A stretch of 64,000 nucleotides of DNA from Verrucomicrobiia bacterium (lineage in GTDB: Bacteria > Verrucomicrobiota > Verrucomicrobiia > Opitutales > Cerasicoccaceae), in contig JAUIHT010000002.1 in NCBI GenBank assembly GCA_030432235.1, positions 249,136 to 313,135 of the forward strand, given 5' to 3'. Below, piece after piece: positions 28,702-35,508 of this stretch. The stretch's first letter is position 1; every line of letters starts with the position of its first letter. The notes beneath the pieces are model-generated. The model was not told where the DNA came from. It searched no databases and was given only the letters and a program-made list of their open reading frames with translations. A program made the position numbers and the translations under genes.

Positions 28702-29790
28702 ATGCTTATAATGGCTATCATGAAAACGATCTCCGAACTCGGCCCCGAGAAAGAAAGCCTGGCGGAATATACCGTAAAGGAACGCAAGGCGCCCGCCATT
28801 CGCTGGTACCGCACCCCTCTGCCCAAGGAGGAAATCAAAAGCCTGTACGAGCGTAGCGACTGGAAGGGAAGCGTCCAGACCCTCGGCTATCTGGGCATCC
28901 TGCTGCTTACCTTTGCCCTGGCGCTCTACTCTTTTTTGTACTGGCCATGGTACGTCACTGCCGGCCTCGTATTCCTCCACGGCATGACGCGCGCCTTCGG
29001 CATCAACGGCGTCCATGAGCTCGGCCATGGCACTGTCCTTAAAACCGCTTTCTGGAACCGCTTCTTCTGCAAAATCCTGGCCGTGCTCAGTTGGGTCAAC
29101 GACGAGAACTTCAACGCCAGCCACACCCGCCATCATCGCTATACCCTGCATCCGCCGGACGACCTCGAGGTCGTGCTGCCGGTACGCCTGATGGTCCGAC
29201 ATTTTTTCCTGACCGGCTTTATCGATGTAAAGGGCTTCTGGAATGCCCTCGTCAACTACGTGCGGTTTTCCCGCGGGCGCTTCCAGGGGGAATGGGAGCT
29301 GACCCTCTTCCCGCCGGATGCGCCCGAAAAGCGCAGACCCTCGCTCGGGTGGGCCCGCCTGACCCTGACGATTCACCTCGCTGTCGCAGTGGTGTCGCTG
29401 TTCTACGGCCTCTGGATTATTCCTATCCTCTTCAGCCTCTGTCCGTTCATCGGGGGCTGGCTATTCTTTCTCTGTAACAACACTCAGCATATCGGCCTGC
29501 AGGACAACGTGCCGGACTTCCGCCTGTGCTGCCGCACCTTTACGCTCAATCCCCTCGTGCGTTTTCTCTACTGGCAGATGAACTACCACACGGAACACCA
29601 TATGTACGCGGCCGTGCCCTGCTACCACCTCGGGCAACTCCACCGGCTCATCCGGCACGATCTACCACCCTGCCCCGCGGGCCTTATCCAGACCTGGCGT
29701 GAGATTGTCGCCATACAGAAGCGACAGGAGGAAGACCCGGACTATCAGCATCAGGCTCTATTGCCAGGCCAGGCTGCTCCACCCGCTTAG
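28702..29790 (+). CDS. membrane fatty-acid desaturase family protein
   Basis: Three His boxes: HELGH, HTRHH, HTEHH. Four TMs. Confidence 0.85.
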   Translation: MLIMAIMKTISELGPEKESLAEYTVKERKAPAIRWYRTPLPKEEIKSLYERSDWKGSVQTLGYLGILLLTFALALYSFLYWPWYVTAGLVFLHGMTRAFGINGVHELGHGTVLKTAFWNRFFCKILAVLSWVNDENFNASHTRHHRYTLHPPDDLEVVLPVRLMVRHFFLTGFIDVKGFWNALVNYVRFSRGRFQGEWELTLFPPDAPEKRRPSLGWARLTLTIHLAVAVVSLFYGLWIIPILFSLCPFIGGWLFFLCNNTQHIGLQDNVPDFRLCCRTFTLNPLVRFLYWQMNYHTEHHMYAAVPCYHLGQLHRLIRHDLPPCPAGLIQTWREIVAIQKRQEEDPDYQHQALLPGQAAPPA

Positions 29791-30248
29791 TGGTGGTCAG
29801 CCGGAGCGCCCGGACGACCTGGCAGCATCAGCATGCCCAGGCCGATTACGCCAAGGATAACGACGACCAGCCAGGGGCCGCTAAAGATAACTGCCGGCGG
29901 GTAAAACCAGAAGATGGGCACACAAAAGGCCGGGAAAACCGAGAAGATGGCCAGTATGCCGGCCCGGCCCATATCGTTGACGCGCTTGACCGCCTGCGTG
30001 AGGAGTATCGACAGGCAAACGATGCCGGTCAGGATGCCGAGAAAAACAATGATGCCCGAAAGGTGATGGTTGGCATGCAGCGCAATGTAAATGAGCTTCA
30101 CCACGGCACAGCCGAGCACCGCCAGCACGATAAAGGAAAGAATAAAGCCCAGCGGCCCGAGCCGACCGCGCATATCGAGGTAGTTCGCAATCATGCCTAA
30201 TACGGTTAAGTAGCGCGGCTGGCCTTGTCCACTCCATTCGGACTCCAT
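29787..30248 (-). CDS. small inner-membrane protein, DUF805-like
   Basis: Start was set to MESEWSGQG at 30248 (the track ORF extends to 30500). Three to four TMs, with an RVNDMGR-type loop resembling the YhaH/DUF805 family. Confidence 0.4.
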   Translation of the reverse strand: MESEWSGQGQPRYLTVLGMIANYLDMRGRLGPLGFILSFIVLAVLGCAVVKLIYIALHANHHLSGIIVFLGILTGIVCLSILLTQAVKRVNDMGRAGILAIFSVFPAFCVPIFWFYPPAVIFSGPWLVVVILGVIGLGMLMLPGRPGAPADHH

Positions 30249-30324
30249 CCGCTGGAGCAAAATTCGAAAAATAAAAAGCGCCCGGACGACCGTAAGCCCT
30301 CCGGGCGCTCGTGAGCCTTGCAGC

Positions 30325-31314
30325 CTATTCAAGGCGTGAAAGTATGGTGCGCCACCAGTGATAGCTCCCCCGCGAACGCTGGCGCTGACGCGAGCGGCGA
30401 TCCGTCGGCAACTGCTCCTCGATGAAGCGCGGCCCCTCGGGCACACGGTGGAATCCAAAGCGACTGGGCAGCTTCGTGTACAACGAACGAGGCGGCCCAT
30501 ACCGTGAATTGAGCTGCTTGAACCACAGTCCGGACTCCCAAGTATGGAAGTAAACCATGCTGACCTCGAGCTCCTCGTAAAGGAACCAGAGCGCAGCCGA
30601 CAGCATGGCCTCGTCCCAAAGGCTCTGCATGGGCTGGATGTGCTCTTTAAAGTACATCAACGCTTTTCTAACAGGCACATCAGACCAACTTCCGCTCAGG
30701 GAGACCTTACCACCCTTCAGGCTTTTCAGTAGCGCCTGCTGTTCGAACAATGCGTCTCGCAACCAGTCATTCTGGATTTCCTCAATGACCGCGATGCCAC
30801 GCAACATGTCCAGGTCGATACGAGTCCAGGCCATGGTGGTGTAGCGTGGGCCCATGAGCACAGGGTGGCACATCGCTCCGAGCAAGAAGGGATTGGCACT
30901 ATCCTCGCACAGACTCCCGTAACAGCGGTCGTGCTCCGCGGAGAAGTTCAGTTGTAGCACCAGATTCCAGCCGGGGCGAGACGTCTGGTACCAGGAGTCG
31001 TGGCGTTTGCCACTGTCACCCCAGCGACCGACGGTCAACCGGAAGCGGTGAAGCTTGTGGGTTTCAAACCCGTACTCCATCAGACGCTCGGCCGTGATGA
31101 CGCCGTCCGGCAGAGTCATTAAAAACTGCTTGAAGCGCGGAAGCTGCAGGAAGCGCCTCAGGTGCGCATGCTTTTTTAATTCGTGCACCTTGATGCTTCG
31201 CTTGCCCAACTTCCAGGCCAGCATTTGAAAAGCGTAACGGTCCTTGAAGTAGTAGTATTTGGTGCGGCCCTTGGGAAGGTAGCCGCGAATCAGATTCAAT
31301 TCTTTGAGTTCCAT
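30325..31314 (-). CDS. hypothetical protein (329 aa, basic C-terminal tail), immediately downstream of the SPFH gene
   Basis: No recognisable catalytic motifs. Reading frame is supported by length and codon usage. Arg-rich C-terminus RRSRQRQRSRG. Confidence 0.45.
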   Translation of the reverse strand: MELKELNLIRGYLPKGRTKYYYFKDRYAFQMLAWKLGKRSIKVHELKKHAHLRRFLQLPRFKQFLMTLPDGVITAERLMEYGFETHKLHRFRLTVGRWGDSGKRHDSWYQTSRPGWNLVLQLNFSAEHDRCYGSLCEDSANPFLLGAMCHPVLMGPRYTTMAWTRIDLDMLRGIAVIEEIQNDWLRDALFEQQALLKSLKGGKVSLSGSWSDVPVRKALMYFKEHIQPMQSLWDEAMLSAALWFLYEELEVSMVYFHTWESGLWFKQLNSRYGPPRSLYTKLPSRFGFHRVPEGPRFIEEQLPTDRRSRQRQRSRGSYHWWRTILSRLE

Positions 31315-31441
31315 AGTGGATGCCCTCCCGGCGGGTTGTGAGTTAATGTTGTTGGTTCAGAAAAAGAAAAAGCCCCGGAGTCGTCGGTCTCCGGGGTGGT
31401 TAGGGTTCCGGGCTCGATCTAAGGTCGTCCATAGGATTGGC

Positions 31442-32578
31442 CTAGATGAGCTTGACGATGCGCTTGCTCAGCTCCTGCCCGTCTCCGACGAAGATTTGCA
31501 GGTTGGCCTTTTCGGTGATCTTTTCGACCGCCTCGAGCTCGCGCAGGCGCATAAGGGCCGGGTTCTGCTCAATCAGCTTGGCGGTGTTCAGCTGAGAGCG
31601 CATAGCCGCGGTTTCCTCACGACGCTTGATGTTGTTGGCCTGGGCCGCCTTTTCGGCTTCGATGACCTGGTTGAGCAGTTCCTTCATATCACCCGGCAGG
31701 ATGATGTCACGGATACCCAGCCCCAGGACTTCGAGCCCGTAGGTGGTGGCCTTTTCCTTCATGGCCGCGAAGGCTTCGCGGGCCACGGCAGTCTTGTCCC
31801 CGAGCAGCGCGTCGAGGGTGCGGCCCCCGACTTCCGCGCGGATGACAAGCTGGACTTCGCGGTAGAGCGCCTGCGCGGCGTCTTCCGCAGTTTCGGCGAC
31901 CTTGCGGACGTCCGCGATGCGGTAGGTCAGTACCGCATTCAGACGTAGGGTCACCTTGTCGGCGGTCATGATTTCCTGACCGCTAACGTCGAGGACCTTC
32001 TCACGCAGGTCGTACTGGTAGAGCTTGACCTTGCCGGCGTTCTTCCAGAAGGCGTAACGGCCCGGGCGGAGAATCTCCGCAAACTGACCGTTCAGGTAAA
32101 GCACCCCCAGCTTTCCGTCCTCGATGTCGTGGACGTCCAGGTAGAGGTTGCTCACGCTGTTCTTCAGGATGACTTCGGCTTCGGCGTGCTCGAAGCGAAC
32201 GCCCTCACGGACGTTGACGACTTCGATGCGCACCTTGACCAACCCCTTCCAGTAGGCGTAAAGCCCCGGAGTCAGGATGCCGTGGAAACGGCCGTCCAGC
32301 CACACCAGCGCACGCTGGTTGTCGTTCAGGTCGACGAACTCGGCTCGTTCAGCCACCGCTTCCGCCTCGCGGAGCTGCTTGAGCTGGTTATTCTGAAGCA
32401 TCAGCCACGGCTCATTCAGGTCGGAAACTTCCACCTGAGTGCGCCACAGCGGGTCGAAGCGCCAAAAGCGCCCCGCCTCCAGGAGTTCGACGAAACGACC
32501 TTCACGAAAGACCAGACCGACGCTTTCGTACGGCACATGGATTCGCTTGATAATGAACATTGTCGTTTTGTTTTGCAT
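31442..32578 (-). CDS. SPFH/band-7 domain protein with triplicated N-terminal strand motif
   Basis: C-terminal half is an SPFH core with a coiled-coil tail. The N-terminal half carries three copies of VxLxxRxGxFxxxLxPGxYxxWK. Start was set to MQNKTTMFIIK at 32578. Confidence 0.7.
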   Translation of the reverse strand: MQNKTTMFIIKRIHVPYESVGLVFREGRFVELLEAGRFWRFDPLWRTQVEVSDLNEPWLMLQNNQLKQLREAEAVAERAEFVDLNDNQRALVWLDGRFHGILTPGLYAYWKGLVKVRIEVVNVREGVRFEHAEAEVILKNSVSNLYLDVHDIEDGKLGVLYLNGQFAEILRPGRYAFWKNAGKVKLYQYDLREKVLDVSGQEIMTADKVTLRLNAVLTYRIADVRKVAETAEDAAQALYREVQLVIRAEVGGRTLDALLGDKTAVAREAFAAMKEKATTYGLEVLGLGIRDIILPGDMKELLNQVIEAEKAAQANNIKRREETAAMRSQLNTAKLIEQNPALMRLRELEAVEKITEKANLQIFVGDGQELSKRIVKLI

Positions 32579-32965
32579 TGTTAATGCAGGACTGACGGCC
32601 TGCGTTCGTTTTGGCCATAGGACCAAAGTGTCTAAAAAATGAGCCCGGGAGAGCGGACGACGAGGACGCGCCGCCACAGGCAAGCTCCACGGGGCTCGGC
32701 TTGAGCCGGGGTCAAACCGGAGCGCAGCCATGACTCCGCTTCCAACACCACTGTATCAGTCTCCTAATACAGATGCGTTTTCCACTTCGTGCATGCTTTG
32801 CTCCGGTTGTCTCCGGGCGGTATCCGCCGGGCCGCTGGTGGGCTGCCTGCTGGAGCCAGGGAAGAACGCCCCACACGGACGCATGACGCCCCTGCCCTGC
32901 TCCGGGCTTTGCGTGTCGCCGCCGCTCTCCGCGGGCGGTTTTCGAAGCCGGTGATTAGCCGGCGG

Positions 32966-33038
32966 GTGACGAGGAGGATTCGAACCTCCGACATCCGGCT
33001 CCCTAAGCCAGTGTGCTATCCACTGCACTACCGTCGCA
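32966..33038 (-). tRNA. tRNA-Pro-like, anticodon AGG (A34)
   Basis: Hand-folded cloverleaf: acceptor GCGACGG/TCGTCAC (one C-A mismatch), D arm GTGC-AGTGGATA-GCAC, anticodon stem CTGGC/GCCGG with loop TTAGGGA, T arm GGAGG-TTCGAAT-CCTCC. The Pro-type loop (U33, G37, A38) has A at position 34. Its 5' G at 33038 is shared with the neighbouring tRNA. Confidence 0.5.
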
Positions 33039-33110
33039 TACTGTCCGGGAATCGAACCCGAGACCGATGGTTTATGAGACCACTGCTCTACCAACTGAGC
33101 TACCAGTATC
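33038..33110 (-). tRNA. tRNA-Met (CAU), elongator-like (an Ile2/lysidine type cannot be excluded)
   Basis: Acceptor ATACTGG/ACAGTAT (A1-U72, G7.A66 mismatch), D arm GCTC-AGTTGGTA-GAGC, anticodon loop CTCATAA, T arm TCGGG-TTCGATT-CCCGG. The discriminator position coincides with G1 of the next tRNA. Confidence 0.6.
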
Positions 33111-33112
33111 GT

Positions 33113-33188
33113 GGTGCGGCCCGCTGGAGTCGAACCAGCGACCTACCCCTTCGTACAGGGCTGCTCTACCAACTGAGCTAGGGCCGCA
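33113..33188 (-). tRNA. tRNA-Arg (ACG)
   Basis: Perfect acceptor GCGGCCC/GGGCCGC, D arm GCTC-AGTTGGTA-GAGC, anticodon loop GTACGAA, T arm GCTGG-TTCGACT-CCAGC, discriminator A, CCA encoded. Confidence 0.85.
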
Positions 33189-33289
33189 TTTTCCTGAGAC
33201 CGTCCAGAACGTCAAGCGGGACACCGCACTCCAACAGGCTGGGCCAGGGAATACCGTGCCGCCGACCGGCGATCAGAAAGTGATATATG

Positions 33290-33360
33290 CTGCGGGGGAA
33301 GGATTCGAACCTTCGATGGCGGAATCAAAATCCGCTGTGTTACCGCTACACCACCCCGCA
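33290..33360 (-). tRNA. tRNA-Gln (UUG)
   Basis: Acceptor TGCGGGG/CCCCGCA (U1-A72, as in bacterial Gln), D arm GTGT-AGCGGTA-ACAC, anticodon loop TTTTGAT, T arm GAAGG-TTCGAAT-CCTTC, discriminator G. Confidence 0.8.
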
Positions 33361-33370
33361 AGGTAAAAAG

Positions 33371-33442
33371 TATCCGCAGCCGGAATCGAACCGGCGTTCT
33401 CACAGTGAAAGCGTGATGTCCTGACCACTAGACGATGCGGAC
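33371..33442 (-). tRNA. tRNA-Glu (UUC)
   Basis: Acceptor GTCCGCA/TGCGGAT (G1.U72 wobble), D arm GTCT-AGTGGTCA-GGAC, anticodon loop CTTTCAC, T arm GCCGG-TTCGATT-CCGGC. Confidence 0.75.
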
Positions 33443-33448
33443 AAAAAG

Positions 33449-33524
33449 TGGAGGCGCCGCCAGGATTCGAACCTGGTGAAACGGATTTTGCAGACCCGTG
33501 CCCTGGCCATTCGGGATCGGCGCC
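33449..33524 (-). tRNA. tRNA-Cys (GCA)
   Basis: Acceptor GGCGCCG/CGGCGCC, 3-bp D stem, anticodon loop CTGCAAA, T arm CCAGG-TTCGAAT-CCTGG, U73 discriminator (Cys identity element), CCA encoded. Confidence 0.8.
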
Positions 33525-33664
33525 GTATCAGATAAAAAACTTCGGGAGGCCGCCGCCCGGTCACCCCCGCAACACCTGTCAGGGTGCCATTGCCTGGCGC
33601 TATGTGACCGGGTGGGCTGCCTTCATCCCGAAATGTGTTTTGGGGATACTGTTAGAACCCCAAG

Positions 33665-33737
33665 TGGGAGCACATGGTTTCGAGCCATGACCTCCCGGTC
33701 TTCAACCGGACGTGCAGACCATCTACACCATACTCCC
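33665..33737 (-). tRNA. tRNA-Phe (GAA) with non-canonical T loop
   Basis: Acceptor GGGAGTA/TGCTCCC, D arm GTGT-(9-nt loop)-GCAC with G18G19, anticodon loop TTGAAGA (G37 rather than A37), T arm CATGG-CTCGAAA-CCATG (C at position 54). Confidence 0.6.
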
Positions 33738-33745
33738 TGAAATGG

Positions 33746-33818
33746 CTCGAAGGGCAGGCTACGATCCTGCAACTGCGTCCTTAACAGGGACGTGTTCTGC
33801 CAATTGAACTACCTTCGA
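33746..33818 (-). tRNA. tRNA-Asn (GUU) with non-canonical T loop
   Basis: Perfect acceptor TCGAAGG/CCTTCGA (U1-A72, as in E. coli Asn), D arm GTTC-AATTGGCA-GAAC, anticodon loop CTGTTAA, T arm GCAGG-ATCGTAG-CCTGC (A54/U58 swapped relative to the usual T54/A58), discriminator G. Confidence 0.65.
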
Positions 33819-34123
33819 AAAAGGCTCTTTTGTTTTCCACCTAGGCCACTTCTTCATCATCAAGCACAAGCACACGTCGTGAAATTTTGAGGTAAAAATG
33901 TGGCTTTCGAGCCGAGGCAAATGCGGATTTGTCGAGGCGAGGAAATGCATTTTTAGCCAAAATGATACAGTGTGCGAAGCCGATGAATTATGAAGAAGCG
34001 GCCAAGCTGCAGCCGTTTCGCCCCTCTCACTTCACCGAATTCGGTTCCATGGTTTGGACGCCATTTATGTGACGTTTCACCCGCCGGAGATGGTGGACGG
34101 GACACCGCATGACTGTCGTAGGT

Positions 34124-34167
34124 GGAAAACAAAAAAGCCCAAGCGCGATAGGACAGGCGGCTTGGGC
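34124..34167 (-). terminator. rho-independent terminator on the minus strand, upstream of the tRNA operon
   Basis: GCCCAAGC / GCTTGGGC 8-bp stem with a 15-nt loop. On the minus strand it is followed by TTTTTTGTTTTCC. Confidence 0.55.
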
Positions 34168-34529
34168 GTCAGGGAAGGTCTCTCGTTTCATCAGCATCCG
34201 GGTGGTTGTGCGCCACCCAGGGGACGCGGATGAAAGGTCGGCTTCCTCAAGGCCTCAAGCACGGCGATTTCCAGTGTATCATTACCGCCCTGATCGGGAC
34301 GGTAACACCGGCGCTCGCCTGCGCCCTCGGGTTGGAAGTGGTCTATGGAATAATTCATGATTCAAAAAAGAGTGTGTGAGGAAATTGGCCGCCCCATGGA
34401 ACAAAGTCAATAAATTATTTTCATAAATATTTGCATACCAATATCTTATGAAATTAGATAAAGCACCGCCCCGACGCAGACTTACCTGTTTTCAGGTTCG
34501 GTCAATGCCTTGCAGTGCAGAAACAAAAA

Positions 34530-34562
34530 GCCCGGACGGCGCGAGGGCGGTCCGGGCTTTTT
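34530..34562. terminator. bidirectional rho-independent terminator (efp on minus, unknown short transcript on plus)
   Basis: GCCCGGAC / GTCCGGGC 8-bp stem flanked by AAACAAAAA upstream and TTTTTGAAA downstream. Confidence 0.6.
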
Positions 34563-34786
34563 GAAAGTCGCTAGAGTCTGTATCTATCGGTTACTCGTAG
34601 GTTCAAACTTGAGTTGCTTTCGTCTCATCCCGGACGTGTGCGCATAGCCGGAGCCACGCGGATGGTCACAATAGAACATCTGCGTCTCTTCGGGTTGTAT
34701 CCAGTTGATGAGCTTCAGGATCATGGGAAGACGAAAAGCTATGGCAGCGACAGCCTGTCGCGACAAGGCTTAAGTGGCTGAAATGT

Positions 34787-35344
34787 TTACGCGCGGCTCA
34801 GGTAGGAGCCGTCGGTGGTGCTGACGCGGATAACCTCGTCCTGCTTAATGAAAAGCGGCACCTGCACGGACAGCCCGGTCTCGGTGGTGACGGGCTTCTG
34901 CACGTTGGACGCGGTGTCACCCTTGATGCCCTCGGGGGCATCGATCACCTTCATCTCGACGGCAGCGGGGAGGTTGATGTCCACCGGCTTGTCGTCGACC
35001 ATAAGAATGTCGTAGGTGTTGTTCTCGATCAGGTAGTCCTTGTACTCCTCGCAGATATCGGTCGGCAGGACGCTGTCCTCAAAGGACTCGGGGTCCATGA
35101 AGTGGTAGCCCATGTCGTCAATGTAGGAGAACTCCAGCTTCTGCGTACCGGTGTGGAGGAAGTCCACGCTGTCGGTGGAGCGGAACTTCGCCGTGGTCGA
35201 AGCGCCGGTGTTGAGGTTGCGCATAGTCACCTGCACGAAGCCGGCCTGACGGCCCTGCGTGCGGTGCTGCATCAAGAGAACGAGGTGCGGTGCGCTCTGA
35301 TAATCAAGGACGCGACCTTTACGGATTTCGGTGGGGGATGCCAT
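34787..35344 (-). CDS. efp: elongation factor P
   Basis: 185 aa. Three EF-P OB-like domains. Modification loop reads TQGRQAGF, with Arg at the position equivalent to E. coli Lys34. Confidence 0.95.
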   Translation of the reverse strand: MASPTEIRKGRVLDYQSAPHLVLLMQHRTQGRQAGFVQVTMRNLNTGASTTAKFRSTDSVDFLHTGTQKLEFSYIDDMGYHFMDPESFEDSVLPTDICEEYKDYLIENNTYDILMVDDKPVDINLPAAVEMKVIDAPEGIKGDTASNVQKPVTTETGLSVQVPLFIKQDEVIRVSTTDGSYLSRA

Positions 35345-35508
35345 GGTTGGAATGCTGGTTGGAAAAACGTGGCAGCAAGGGGGATTTCCCGGCGACTGTC
35401 AATCGCGCAGAATGCGTGGATAAGCCCCCATTATGTGAAAAAGACGGCACAAAAGCGTTTTTTCGTTTCAGGACGGAACAGAAACGGCTTACAAAGAACG
35501 TCCCGACT

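Noticed and set aside
32730-33950. Six-frame ORFs of 60-130 aa overlapping the tRNA cluster.
   Set aside because: They run through hand-folded tRNA genes with canonical arms and have no RBS and no protein-like composition.
34109-34360. Plus-strand 83-aa ORF MTVVGGKQ...
   Set aside because: It reads through the minus-strand terminator hairpin and has Arg/Pro-rich composition and no RBS. The region is better explained as non-coding.
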